Origin: a virus
DNA length: 64,000 bases
Strand: one strand, 5' to 3'
Virus record (IMG/VR): IMGVR_UViG_3300033056_000008
Location: 46,387 to 110,386 of that record
The position numbers and the translations under genes were made by a program. A model generated the notes under the pieces. The model did no database searches, had not been told where the DNA came from, and was given only the letters and a program-made list of their open reading frames with translations. The first letter of the stretch is position 1; every line of letters starts with the position of its first letter. Below are positions 32,420 through 42,073 of this stretch, piece by piece.

Positions 32420-32998
32420 TTAATTTGGAAGAGTCGGTATATTATATTTGTACTTCTCATCATCAGTCCACTTACTTGATACATTTTTCTTTTTACACAT
32501 TTCATAAGCTTCTTTCCCTATTAACTTTCTGGTTTTAAGTAAATTCCTATCACTAACATTTGATTTAGTACCATCATGAATAATCCAACCTTTAAAATAA
32601 GCTCCCTCACTAGCATTTGGATATTCTTCATATTTAGCTTTTTCAAAAGGATAGATGACTGATCCTATAACTACCTTATGCGGGATTTTTAAATTTACCT
32701 TACTAAAAAATTCATTAGTTTTAAATTCAATTTCACCTTTACCAATACCTAGTATTCTTTTTAATTCCTTCAATGAATCATAATTTATGAAAGTGTTAAC
32801 TCTGTAGCCATTTAATACATCTAATTTCAAATAAAAATCAGTTCCCTGAATAGCCAATACTAATGAAAAAGGCTGATCGTCTGTAAAGAATAAACATTTA
32901 AATTTAGCCTTATTGTATTCAAATTCAAACCTAGTACTTTTTAATCCTTCTTTAATCATACTTAAGTGCAATTCTTTTAAACTTGTTAATTGCATCAT
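32420..32998 (-). CDS. Hypothetical protein, possibly DUF6037 family
   Basis: L..LH.SM...GL...RFEFEYN...F.CLFFTD..PF.L N-terminus; GGAGG RBS. Confidence 0.6.
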   Translation of the reverse strand: MMQLTSLKELHLSMIKEGLKSTRFEFEYNKAKFKCLFFTDDQPFSLVLAIQGTDFYLKLDVLNGYRVNTFINYDSLKELKRILGIGKGEIEFKTNEFFSKVNLKIPHKVVIGSVIYPFEKAKYEEYPNASEGAYFKGWIIHDGTKSNVSDRNLLKTRKLIGKEAYEMCKKKNVSSKWTDDEKYKYNIPTLPN

Positions 32999-33217
32999 GG
33001 ATATTTCCTCCTATTATGTAATAGGAATAAATACGCATTTCATAACAGAAAGTTTCACTTTTTTAATCATTTTTAAGTAAATTTTTTATGTAATGTAGCA
33101 ATTCAATCTCAATTATTTGCTTACTAACTCCTTGTTTCTCCAATAATTCAATATGTATTTTCAGTTGTTCCTTACAGGATTGCATAATATCGTTCAATAT
33201 TTCACCTCTTTCTCTTC

Positions 33218-33246
33218 TTGACCAAGAACACTTGTTCTATTATAAT
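33218..33246 (+). promoter_or_regulatory. Sigma-A promoter with LexA (SOS) box
   Basis: TTGACC (33218-33223), 17 nt, TATAAT (33241-33246); GAACACTTGTTC at 33226-33237. Confidence 0.85.
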
Positions 33247-33270
33247 TACTCAATAACGGAGGTGCTCATA

Positions 33271-33606
33271 ATGATTAAAGATCGAGGAACCAAGAAATGG
33301 ACTTCTATTATGATTCCTGAGCTTATTACAGATTTACAACATGCTTTCTATGAAGATGCTAACAGAACAGATAAACCCATCATAGACGAATATCAACAAG
33401 CTGAATTTGACGAAAGTATCTGCTATGCAATGGAGTATAATTACCCGATTGAATTCACACTCTGGATTAACGGATACACTGAAACCGTTAAGGGTAATGT
33501 TCATTTTGTCGATTACATACAGAAACATTTCCGTTTAAAGCAACCTAATGGTGATTTAGCAATTGTTAAAATGAATGATATTATAGGTGTAAAAGTATTT
33601 GAATAA
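33271..33606 (+). CDS. YolD-like protein
   Basis: IKDRGTKKWTSIMIPE...KPIIDE...G.VHFVD; GGAGGTG RBS; SOS box upstream. Confidence 0.88.
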   Translation: MIKDRGTKKWTSIMIPELITDLQHAFYEDANRTDKPIIDEYQQAEFDESICYAMEYNYPIEFTLWINGYTETVKGNVHFVDYIQKHFRLKQPNGDLAIVKMNDIIGVKVFE

Positions 33607-33622
33607 TGTTACAGCGTCCTCT

Positions 33623-33943
33623 TTAGGACGTTATTTTCATATATTTAGGTCGATAATCTCTTATGTATTCTCCATGATCTAACATTTTCATTATGATGAA
33701 TATGTCTTCTACCTCAGCTTGTAAAGCATATCTGTCCAACCATATCCTCAATTCATTCCATCGTTTAGCGTGATTTTGATGCCTTATGTCATCTAACTCA
33801 TCTTTCCAATGAGCAGCTGTTGCCCTAACAGTAGAGAATATATCATGCCTGGATTTATCGGATATTTGAATTCCTTCATTTACTCCTATCATGTGACAGA
33901 TATGATGAGCTTTCAATTCAACAATTGGATTGTAATAAGTCAT
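33623..33943 (-). CDS. Hypothetical phage protein
   Basis: GGAGG RBS. Confidence 0.65.
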   Translation of the reverse strand: MTYYNPIVELKAHHICHMIGVNEGIQISDKSRHDIFSTVRATAAHWKDELDDIRHQNHAKRWNELRIWLDRYALQAEVEDIFIIMKMLDHGEYIRDYRPKYMKITS

Positions 33944-34133
33944 TTATATCTCCTCCGTTTGTACTTATTGGTGATGAAAGGATACATTTTAAGATAATGT
34001 TTTTGCCAAAAACTAAGCTCCATTCCTAAAAACTTTTCCATGAAACGAGTTGGATCATTTTTTAATTTTTCTAATTCATTACTCATAAAACCAACTCCTT
34101 TGAATTAATTTATTTTTTAATAAAAGCTGACTT

Positions 34134-34436
34134 TTATCTTATTTGTCCATTCATTTTAGCCGTCATTATGTCTCTTAGATGTTGCTGAGGATTGGCTTTA
34201 TAATTGTTTATCGTAGCTTCCGTTTGTTGCATTTCATTTAACATAGCTTTAATATGAGGGAGAGTTTTAATATAATTTTCACAAGCTTCAACTTCCAGAT
34301 CGTTCGTTACACCATGTTTAATGAGCAATTGAGTTAATGTTTCTAATTTGATATTAATATCAACCATCATCTTTAAATTTCTTAGTGTTTTCGAGGCATC
34401 ATCTAAGTTGTAAAAATCATTATTGCTGAACATCAC
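34134..34436 (-). CDS. Hypothetical phage protein
   Basis: GGAGG RBS. Confidence 0.65.
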   Translation of the reverse strand: MMFSNNDFYNLDDASKTLRNLKMMVDINIKLETLTQLLIKHGVTNDLEVEACENYIKTLPHIKAMLNEMQQTEATINNYKANPQQHLRDIMTAKMNGQIR

Positions 34437-34457
34437 ATCTCCTCCGTTTCCTTTAAA

Positions 34458-34814
34458 TTATTGTAGCTTTTCTAATTTTTCGTGAGCCTCTATGTATTTA
34501 TAAGTTGAATCAATGAAATTGCTTAAAGATGTTTCCATGTTCTTTTGCAGTGTCCAGACTTGATCAGTAATTAGTGAGAGTTTAGCTATGTCAGGTAATA
34601 CCCATTTCCCTTCTGAATCACGATGAGGATTACTTGTACTTATGATCTCTCTGTCATAATTCTTCACTAGAATATTTAACTCTTTAATAAGTTTTCTAAA
34701 ATTTCTCCCCTCTTCCCATGATTTCTCACTTAACGAACCTTTTTCATCAGTGAGTTCAATATATTCATTGATAGCTGACTCCCCTTTTCTCACGACGTTT
34801 AAAGGAATATCCAT
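34458..34814 (-). CDS. Hypothetical phage protein
   Basis: GGAGGT RBS. Confidence 0.65.
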   Translation of the reverse strand: MDIPLNVVRKGESAINEYIELTDEKGSLSEKSWEEGRNFRKLIKELNILVKNYDREIISTSNPHRDSEGKWVLPDIAKLSLITDQVWTLQKNMETSLSNFIDSTYKYIEAHEKLEKLQ

Positions 34815-34840
34815 AAATTTACCTCCAAATTAAATTTTAA

Positions 34841-35089
34841 TTATTTATCTGTTTTTGATTTCAAAGGAGTTTCATCTAACATCTTAAACAGTACTTCTTG
34901 CTCCTCTTTCATAGAATCTATAATTTCATTTAGAAGCTTAATTTTGGTTGACGCTTTTTCTTCGTTGGCTAAATCTTGTGTAATTATGTCAAAGAGTTTA
35001 TCTGTTTTTCTATCAATTTCATTTATACGTTTTAATGCGTCTAGACCTGTCACGCTGCACACTCCTTCTCTTTTCATATAAAAACCCAA
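34841..35089 (-). CDS. Hypothetical coiled-coil protein
   Basis: Co-oriented ORF. Confidence 0.55.
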   Translation of the reverse strand: MGFYMKREGVCSVTGLDALKRINEIDRKTDKLFDIITQDLANEEKASTKIKLLNEIIDSMKEEQEVLFKMLDETPLKSKTDK

Positions 35090-35091
35090 TT

Positions 35092-35475
35092 TTATAAGCT
35101 TTTAAATGTATTTTTAATTTCCTTCTTAGCTACTTCCCTTACTTCATTCAAGATCTCACTGTTAATTTTCTTAGAAATACGTTCATACATCTTATTTTCA
35201 AGTGTTTTATTTAACCCTGCAGCTAATTTAGCTTCTACTTTTGATTCATAACTAGACAATACTTCCTCTGATATCAAGCTTACTATTTGTTTAATAACTT
35301 CTGCCTTTACTTCTTTAGACACCTTTTCAATGTGGACTCTATAAGCACCAGCAGAACCAAATGCAACATCCTTTGTAATTGATTCAGCTATTTTATCAGC
35401 AACTAATTGTTCAAAACTTTCTTGATCGTACTCTTCATAAAAATCATATTCAACTACTACATTAAATTTTGCCAT
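35092..35475 (-). CDS. Hypothetical phage protein
   Basis: GAGGAGG RBS. Confidence 0.7.
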   Translation of the reverse strand: MAKFNVVVEYDFYEEYDQESFEQLVADKIAESITKDVAFGSAGAYRVHIEKVSKEVKAEVIKQIVSLISEEVLSSYESKVEAKLAAGLNKTLENKMYERISKKINSEILNEVREVAKKEIKNTFKSL

Positions 35476-35587
35476 CGGTTCCTCCTCAATTGTTTAAGCT
35501 TATCTCAATATGGTAATGATGTAGTTAAGAGCAAAGGATTAGAACACTCCACACATTCCAACTCCTTCTCCTTTGCCCCGCTACTCT

Positions 35588-36061
35588 TTAACCTACATTT
35601 AATTTATTTTTAATTGTTGTGAACCCCTGAGTTAACTTTCCTTTAAACTTATTCCAATTCGTTTCTTGTACTTCTTCAACTACCGTATATGTATTGTAAT
35701 CCTCAATTCCTAATTGCTTGCTTAATCTTATGTATTCCTTCTTATCTAATTTCCAGCCAACGGGCTTATTACATTTATTCTTAATCCATCTCACTTTGCC
35801 TCTAGAGCACACTGTAAACCATAGGCTGCCATATTTGTACATTTGATTACGATGTCCCTCTGAATCTTCTTTATAAGCTAATTTCATGTTCCTGGTTAGC
35901 TTACGTTCAAGTTGATCTAATGTGATATCTTCGTTACCTCTGACATTATTTCTATAGTAATCTAGCACTTTATCACTCACTTTTAACAAATCCACTTTAC
36001 TCTCCTCCTTATTTACCTTGGAACATAAAAGGCATACTTTCCATTTCATGAAGTGCATCAA
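35588..36061 (-). CDS. Hypothetical basic protein
   Basis: Co-oriented ORF; true start probably GTG near 35992 behind AAGGAGG. Confidence 0.65.
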   Translation of the reverse strand: MMHFMKWKVCLLCSKVNKEESKVDLLKVSDKVLDYYRNNVRGNEDITLDQLERKLTRNMKLAYKEDSEGHRNQMYKYGSLWFTVCSRGKVRWIKNKCNKPVGWKLDKKEYIRLSKQLGIEDYNTYTVVEEVQETNWNKFKGKLTQGFTTIKNKLNVG

Positions 36062-36180
36062 TTGCCAGTATTAAATCTTCAACTTGCTCATCAGAAATAT
36101 TTATTTTATATTCATTAGCCCATTCCATTATTGTTGTTTTCATTGCTTCGTTCATGGCATCCTCCTATAAAACAATCTTT

Positions 36181-36468
36181 TTATCCTGCTAAGTAAGCTA
36201 GTTTCTTGGACTTAACACCATTTCCGTAAATAATGTCACAACTTAAATGTTTTTCATCATATTTTAAATTATCAACCCTGCATTCTCTTGGTACACTATT
36301 ACCATGCATGCTACCAATAACAGAAGGTCGCTCCACCGTTTTTGCCTCTTTAATTTCAACAATAAAATCTTGCTAACTACTTACTTCAATAACTCTGGAT
36401 TGATGATCCGCTATTGCTTCACCATCCCAATCCATTATCGACAAGTTAGTTTCAATTATTTTTACCAT
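36181..36468 (-). pseudogene. 95-codon gene interrupted by in-frame TAG at 36375-36373
   Basis: GGGGAGGG RBS, ATG 36468, MVKIIETNL...EVSS*QDFIVEIK...LAG then TAA at 36183-36181. Confidence 0.7.
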
Positions 36469-36513
36469 TAAAGTATCCCTCCCCTTAAAACTTCACATTT
36501 ATGTTAAATCCGT

Positions 36514-36714
36514 TTATAAACAATCCCATCCACTACACTTTAGACACCTAATACCACTCCAACAATTTGGGTCTAATCTATGATCGCAATCTGGATCAGC
36601 GTTCCACAGTACATCGCCATTGTCTAAATAAACTGTTTCACGTTTAGTTGCAGCCTCTTTTGGATTCTGTTCAATTTTACTCATACTGACTTTCATCACT
36701 CCCTCATAAAACAC
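36514..36714 (-). CDS. Small Cys-rich protein
   Basis: C-terminal CDH...CWSGIRCLKCSGWDC. Confidence 0.6.
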   Translation of the reverse strand: MFYEGVMKVSMSKIEQNPKEAATKRETVYLDNGDVLWNADPDCDHRLDPNCWSGIRCLKCSGWDCL

Positions 36715-36851
36715 AGATTTTAATATTTATTTTCTTTTCATACTTATTAAGTAATTCTTCCGTTAAGGTGTAACACTGATTATCACATTCATTAAATCAA
36801 TAATTAATTGCTGTATCTGATTCATAAAAACACATCATTTTAATATCTTAA

Positions 36852-37043
36852 TTAATTTATTTTATCATTATGTTCTTTTTCTTCAATCATCGCTAAAGTA
36901 AGATTATACATGCCTTCTATATCATCCTTTATATGATTCAGATGTTTTAATGCCTTTCTATATTCCCCTACTGCACAATACTCTTTATACTTATGTAAAT
37001 GGTCAATGCTGCGAATAAATTTCTCATCAATCACTGTTACCAT
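36852..37043 (-). CDS. Hypothetical phage protein
   Basis: AAGGAGG RBS; promoter TTGAAC-17-TAATAT at 37108-37080. Confidence 0.65.
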   Translation of the reverse strand: MVTVIDEKFIRSIDHLHKYKEYCAVGEYRKALKHLNHIKDDIEGMYNLTLAMIEEKEHNDKIN

Positions 37044-37137
37044 CTATCCTCCTTGTCGTTTGTTTTACCTTATGTGTTTATATTAATTTATTTTTAATTA
37101 AAGTTCAAGTATTATTTTTATAAAAATACAAAAATAA

Positions 37138-37174
37138 AAATCACCACTTCTTTTTCTAAGATCATGGTGATTTG
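37138..37174 (-). terminator. Hairpin downstream of the 68-aa SOS-boxed gene
   Basis: AAATCACCA...TGGTGATTT with a T-rich tail on the minus strand. Confidence 0.55.
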
Positions 37175-37302
37175 TAACATACTTATATCAAAGTAAGTTT
37201 TCATTTTACGTTAAATGTGTTAAAATCTCAATTAGAGTTTACTCGCTTAGTAAATAACTCTATAACATTATCGTCAAGTTGCCGCTTGGCGATTTTTTCA
37301 TT

Positions 37303-37509
37303 TTATTCATCATCTTCGTCATCCTCTATATCCTCGACAGTGATTTTCTTTGGCTCAGCATTCGATATAACAATCTCACGATTATCTGTTGTAATTAATT
37401 TAATATCCACAGCTGCAATATTTTCTACATCAAAATGCTCTAAAGATACACCTAATTCTTTAAGTAAGTGAACAAAAGAAACCTCTAATTTGCCGATGAC
37501 TGTCTTCAT
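37303..37509 (-). CDS. Small protein with acidic tail, LexA-boxed
   Basis: GAGGGG RBS; ends EDIEDDEDDE. Confidence 0.7.
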   Translation of the reverse strand: MKTVIGKLEVSFVHLLKELGVSLEHFDVENIAAVDIKLITTDNREIVISNAEPKKITVEDIEDDEDDE

Positions 37510-37596
37510 AATAATTTATCCCCCTCATATCCTGGTGCGTTTGAATGGTATCCACTAAAATGTTCCGTATGTTCTAATATTTACCCTCAAAAATAA

Positions 37597-37608
37597 GAAC
37601 ACTCGTTC
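37597..37608. promoter_or_regulatory. LexA (SOS) box
   Basis: GAACACTCGTTC just downstream of a minus-strand TTGCTT-18-TATAAT promoter. Confidence 0.8.
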
Positions 37609-37747
37609 TGTATTTTTATTATACCCTTATTTCACTGGTAAAAGCAACCTTTATTGAGAACGTGAAGATATTAACTATCACAGTATAATTAGATATGATA
37701 TACTGAAATGGTACTATTTTCTTGTTTCAATTAGGAGGACATTTTCC

Positions 37748-37969
37748 GTGGGTTCAAAAGATGAAGTAATCGGAAAATGCCTGCTTTCAAATTTACTAGA
37801 AAGATCCAAAATGACACAAGTTGATTTGTCGGTTATAACTGGAATATCTAAGCAGCAATTAAATAGATACATAAACTCTGACAATGGTGCTATGTCTCTG
37901 TCTAATGCACGTTTGATATCCAAGGCACTCAACTGTAAAATTGAAGATCTTTATGAATGGAAAGTTTAA
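37748..37969 (+). CDS. yopS: XRE HTH regulator, SPbeta YopS homologue
   Basis: IGKCLL..LL....MTQVDLSVITGISKQQL...AL.CKIEDLYEW; convergent with the yopR homologue as in SPbeta. Confidence 0.8.
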   Translation: MGSKDEVIGKCLLSNLLERSKMTQVDLSVITGISKQQLNRYINSDNGAMSLSNARLISKALNCKIEDLYEWKV

Positions 37970-38166
37970 AGTGGGCGGAACGTTAGAAATTTGTCTGACG
38001 TTCTGGTTAAGAGTAGTCAAAACTGTTTACTTTTTTATACACCAATTTACTAAAACTTATCCATATACCCATTTTACAACATGTATATACTATTTGTCCT
38101 TGTCTTTTATTGTCGAATAATATTTTATTATTTAAAATCCATTGACAATTGTGAAATTTCCGTTCA

Positions 38167-38206
38167 AAAGATACCGATTTTGTAAAAATCAAAAATTGGT
38201 ATCTTT
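38167..38206. repeat. Long-spacer inverted repeat, copy 1
   Basis: AAAGATACC-N22-GGTATCTTT. Confidence 0.8.
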
Positions 38207-38242
38207 ACAAATTTTTCCACACAAATAAAAAACACGCCTAAT

Positions 38243-39268
38243 TTACAGACGTGCCTTCGATTCAGTAACTTCTACTCCATATAAATTCAACAGGTTCTCA
38301 GGATTAATAAACTTAGCCATGAAGTTTCTATTGTATTGTACATCTCCATTTTGTTGTCTCATTGTACTGTAATTATAATAAGCTCCAATTTCCTGATATA
38401 ATTCAGTGCTTAAATTGGTATACTTCTTTTGATTAAATATTAAATCGTAAGCCATATAAAGCATGCCACTTTGCATAACAGTTTTAGAAGTAAAATATTC
38501 TAAGTCTAAGAAATCTTTTAAACGACTAATTCGACCATATAAAGCCGATGGACTTACACTAGACCCCTCTTTTAAACGGGCACTTGTAGTGTTTTTCAAA
38601 ATTAAATCAGAAGGTACTAAGTTCTGTGCCTTCCCAAATTTATCATTGCTTCTATAATATTCTGTAGCATTATGAGCTCTTTCTAAATAATACAAAACTC
38701 TATCGTTAACTTCTCTAGTTACAGTAATAACACTGTCTGTTAACTTGTCCTCTCTATTATTAATTGTTACAATTCCGTTTTTCCAATCAATATCATAGTA
38801 AGACAAATGGGTTAACTCTTTAAATTCTTCACCAATGATTCCCTGGAACATCAATGCTAACATAGCTTGATCTTGTGCATTTGGAGTTTCCTCTAATATA
38901 TCTTGAAATTCATCATAAGAATAATATAATTTTCTATTGTTATCTAAAGTAGATTTATAAAAATTATCATCTGCAGCTAATAACGGACTTATATTATTTA
39001 ATCTATATCCATTTTCTATCATCCATGAAATATAAAAGTTTAAATAATTACCTTTTCTTTTTGCATCTGCTAGAGAAAATGGTCTTATACTTTCTAAAAC
39101 GTTTCTAATTTCATCTCTTGTGAAATCTGATATATCCTTATCTCTATTCTTCTCATATTTAGCAATTTTCTTAAATAAGTAAAAAACATTGTGACGACTT
39201 CCTTCAGAATCAGCATAAGCGTCATGTAAAAAAGTCTCTTTTATTTTTTGATTATACAATTCGCTCAT
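38243..39268 (-). CDS. yopR: Tyrosine-recombinase-fold master repressor (YopR/MrpR/SroF-like), catalytically degenerate
   Basis: SAM-like N-terminus (YNQKIKETFL...F.KIAKYE...KDI.DFT), DQAMLALMFQGI.GE; no TGxR or HxxR; third gene of the yopP-Q-R synteny. Confidence 0.8.
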   Translation of the reverse strand: MSELYNQKIKETFLHDAYADSEGSRHNVFYLFKKIAKYEKNRDKDISDFTRDEIRNVLESIRPFSLADAKRKGNYLNFYISWMIENGYRLNNISPLLAADDNFYKSTLDNNRKLYYSYDEFQDILEETPNAQDQAMLALMFQGIIGEEFKELTHLSYYDIDWKNGIVTINNREDKLTDSVITVTREVNDRVLYYLERAHNATEYYRSNDKFGKAQNLVPSDLILKNTTSARLKEGSSVSPSALYGRISRLKDFLDLEYFTSKTVMQSGMLYMAYDLIFNQKKYTNLSTELYQEIGAYYNYSTMRQQNGDVQYNRNFMAKFINPENLLNLYGVEVTESKARL

Positions 39269-40638
39269 ATCTCTACTCTATCCCCATTCAAATTAATATT
39301 CTCGAAAATCTCTTTGAGTGATTTCTTAATTTTATCATTATTATATATCTTACTATTCACTCTTCCTTTTTCATCAATTAATCCTATTTCTTCCCAAATT
39401 GGATTGGTTCTATTGAAATCAATTTGCTTAATCAAGGAACTTACTTCTTTTGCTTTCACTTTCTTTTCAAACATTTTTCTTGCTAATGTGATATATCCGA
39501 TAAACATAACATTAGAATTAATCAGAGAAGTTTTATTTATTTCTTGAGCTTTTGTTAAAAATTCTTCTTCATTTTTACCAATTAAGTAATTAAAGAAATC
39601 CGCTAAGTATTCCCCTACATCTTCAGCGTCAATTCTCTTATGCAGATCAAATTCTTCTTCAATAGTATCTGACAAAACAGAATATGATACTAACTCTCCG
39701 TGTTCAATAAATGGTCTTGACTTAGACGATATTCTACCTTTTAATTCAGAATCCTCTTTTAGTATTTGTGCAGATATATCTGCAAATCTGTTTGCAGATA
39801 ATTCTTTAATTCGGTTTTCATTAATTGGTGAAGCTTTTGCTAGTTGCGCTTGATACTGTTGAGCTTTTTTCTTATTATAATTAGTTAAAAGGATTGAGAA
39901 ATTAAAATTCAATTCTGGATCTACTGTTAAAGCATTTTGTGCACCTGTAATCCTGTGCATTCCATCTACGATTGCAATTTTTGTACCATCCGTTATAGTT
40001 AATGTTCTTTTCTTAGCATCATAAATTAACTCATCTCCGTGAGTAGCAGTTCTTGGCATAGCGTTAAGTACTAAAGTAGTTGTAACGAGTGTACCATCCA
40101 AAAGATGCTTTGTTATTTCTTCTACATTTTTCATAATTATTGTTGGTTGTGCAACTACGATATTTTGTCTTTTAACTAAGGTTTTCTCTCGTTGTAAATC
40201 TGAATCATAATATAAAATTCCGCTATTTAGTAATTTATTTATAACTTTAATATCTAATACTATTTGATAAGATGAATTTTGCATTAAGGATACGTTCTCA
40301 ATTACAATAGGATAATCTGTAGTTTGTTCTACTGTCTTAGTGTGCCCACTAAATTGCCTAGAATCATCTATTTCAGATTGATAAAAAAATTCTTCTGGAT
40401 CTATTACATCAACTCTTGTTTTAAAATAAACTTGTTCGCTAAACAACATCAATTCCCTGATATCTAATTCAGGAATTCTTTCTTCGGGATTATTAAAAAT
40501 CCCTTGTACATTAGTCATATCATGACTCTTTAATAATTTATCACTAATATCTTCAACTTTATCTTTATATCTACGTAATTCAGTTTGTTCTAACACTTGA
40601 ATTAAGTTACTTTCTAAGATAGCTCTAGATTTCTTCAT
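39265..40638 (-). CDS. yopQ: DGQHR/DndB-like ParB-superfamily protein (YopQ/SroE-like)
   Basis: IVDGMHRITG; between the two recombinase-fold genes. Confidence 0.78.
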   Translation of the reverse strand: MKKSRAILESNLIQVLEQTELRRYKDKVEDISDKLLKSHDMTNVQGIFNNPEERIPELDIRELMLFSEQVYFKTRVDVIDPEEFFYQSEIDDSRQFSGHTKTVEQTTDYPIVIENVSLMQNSSYQIVLDIKVINKLLNSGILYYDSDLQREKTLVKRQNIVVAQPTIIMKNVEEITKHLLDGTLVTTTLVLNAMPRTATHGDELIYDAKKRTLTITDGTKIAIVDGMHRITGAQNALTVDPELNFNFSILLTNYNKKKAQQYQAQLAKASPINENRIKELSANRFADISAQILKEDSELKGRISSKSRPFIEHGELVSYSVLSDTIEEEFDLHKRIDAEDVGEYLADFFNYLIGKNEEEFLTKAQEINKTSLINSNVMFIGYITLARKMFEKKVKAKEVSSLIKQIDFNRTNPIWEEIGLIDEKGRVNSKIYNNDKIKKSLKEIFENINLNGDRVEI

Positions 40639-40726
40639 AGCTTCACCCACCAAATTCTCTATATATCGTAATTTAATTTTATTATAACGAACTTTACATG
40701 TAAACCTTTTATCATTTTATGATAAT

Positions 40727-41803
40727 TTATTTTCTACACTCTTTTTCATAAAATCTTTTAATTTCATTTTTAACTTTTGAGCTCGAACTCATAATAAAAA
40801 GCTTAAACTGCTCTATTGTCATATCCTCAATAAAGTCCATCTCGATTTCTTTATCCATTAAGATGCCTGGCATATTAAGATAATCTTTATCTTTGTCCAT
40901 ATAATGTTTTACTGATGTGTTAATATTGCCATGGTGTAATTGTCTTTGCACTCTTTTTAAATCCCTATTTCGCTCGTAGTCCCAATCTGCTGCAACCCCT
41001 CGAAAACTATGGAATACAATTCTTCTATCTCCTACAAATTTTACCTTCTTAAGTAATCTCTTCATCATGTCATTTACTCCTGATACAGATAACTTAAACA
41101 ATAACTCTTGATTACCCTTCCATTTTGGCACATGTATGTTAGATAAGTTAGAAATTTTTTTATATAAATCAATACTAATTGGATTTTCTTTATCTTTGTA
41201 TTTCTTTTCTGTTAATTTATCAACATGAACCAATACTACCCCTTCATCCTCAAGTACTTCAAAATTATCAATTGTTAATTTAAGTAATTCTGAAAGTCTA
41301 AATGAAGTTCTTATTGCTAATTTACATAGTAACTGTTTCATTTCTGCTAAATTCTTCTCAGTATGTGGGACTAAGCTAATTAATGTTTCTGCCTCTTCAA
41401 AAGTAAGGTTATCATAGGATTCAGAATCATCCGGTAAACTATTCAAATTAAATATTCCTAAGTTTAGTTCTAGATACACCTTTAATTTTGTTGCAAATTT
41501 TTTAGTAAACAAACTTTTTATTGATCTAACTTTTTTATTTATCGTATTGTTTGAATTACCTTTAAGCTTTAGTTCACTTCGGTATCTCACTAAATCATCT
41601 TGTTCAATATTTGTTATATCTAATGGAGTTAATAATTCAATTGGCTTATTAGGAAAGATAATATCAAAGAATTCGTTTATTGTTCCTTTATATGAAGCAA
41701 GGGTACCGGTTTTACCTTCTTGTTTTAAAGTTTCATAAAAAACTTGGATATCATTGTATACCTGGTAACTATGTAACGCTTCAAGTTTAGGACTAGTTGA
41801 CAT
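40727..41803 (-). CDS. yopP: Tyrosine recombinase (YopP/SroD-like) with intact catalytic set
   Basis: RTSFRLSEL (R), FHSFR (HxxR), LHHGNINTSVKHY (H, Y); 358 aa. Confidence 0.85.
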   Translation of the reverse strand: MSTSPKLEALHSYQVYNDIQVFYETLKQEGKTGTLASYKGTINEFFDIIFPNKPIELLTPLDITNIEQDDLVRYRSELKLKGNSNNTINKKVRSIKSLFTKKFATKLKVYLELNLGIFNLNSLPDDSESYDNLTFEEAETLISLVPHTEKNLAEMKQLLCKLAIRTSFRLSELLKLTIDNFEVLEDEGVVLVHVDKLTEKKYKDKENPISIDLYKKISNLSNIHVPKWKGNQELLFKLSVSGVNDMMKRLLKKVKFVGDRRIVFHSFRGVAADWDYERNRDLKRVQRQLHHGNINTSVKHYMDKDKDYLNMPGILMDKEIEMDFIEDMTIEQFKLFIMSSSSKVKNEIKRFYEKECRK

Positions 41804-41993
41804 ATCGCTTACCCCCTTCAAAACTTTCTAATTTATTTATTCTATTTTCAAGTATTTTTACAATTGTTTTGAATATCATTAAGTTTTTTTTCATTATAGC
41901 TAAGTTATTATGTTTAGAACCTTCTTTTACCCATTCGATTAAATTATGATTTGATACATCTAATTCTAATTTTCTAGGTTTTACAATATGCAT
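41793..41993 (-). CDS. 66-aa first gene of the repressor operon
   Basis: GGAGAGGGG RBS, ATG 41993, overlaps the yopP start. Confidence 0.6.
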   Translation of the reverse strand: MHIVKPRKLELDVSNHNLIEWVKEGSKHNNLAIMKKNLMIFKTIVKILENRINKLESFEGGKRYVN

Positions 41994-42073
41994 TTGTAAT
42001 TCCCCTCTCCAATATAGACTAAATTTACGTTTTATATACGAATACAATTAATTTATTTTCAACTAATTATATC

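Noticed and set aside
24870-36468. Stop-codon (amber) recoding suggested by two in-frame TAGs at probable Trp positions
   Set aside because: The third interruption is TAA, TAG terminates ordinary genes (e.g. 50387, 51531), long core genes contain no internal TAG, and no suppressor tRNA is visible. Point mutations explain it better.
37561-37574. Second SOS box (TTCCGTATGTTC)
   Set aside because: The left half-site does not match GAAC.
37714-37932. Minus-strand 72-aa ORF opposite yopS, and other short minus ORFs nested in plus genes (23812, 26163, 33334)
   Set aside because: Antisense or out-of-frame overlaps of better-supported genes.
11291-40638. Complete Dnd phosphorothioation system (DndB-like YopQ plus DndC-like)
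   Set aside because: The genes are about 26 kb apart, no DndD, DndE or DndA is seen, and the DGQHR protein sits in its normal SPbeta repressor-operon position.
40727-41803. YopP-like gene as the prophage integrase
   Set aside because: It is internal to the genome within the repressor operon, and SPbeta-type phages integrate with a terminal recombinase that is not in this window.
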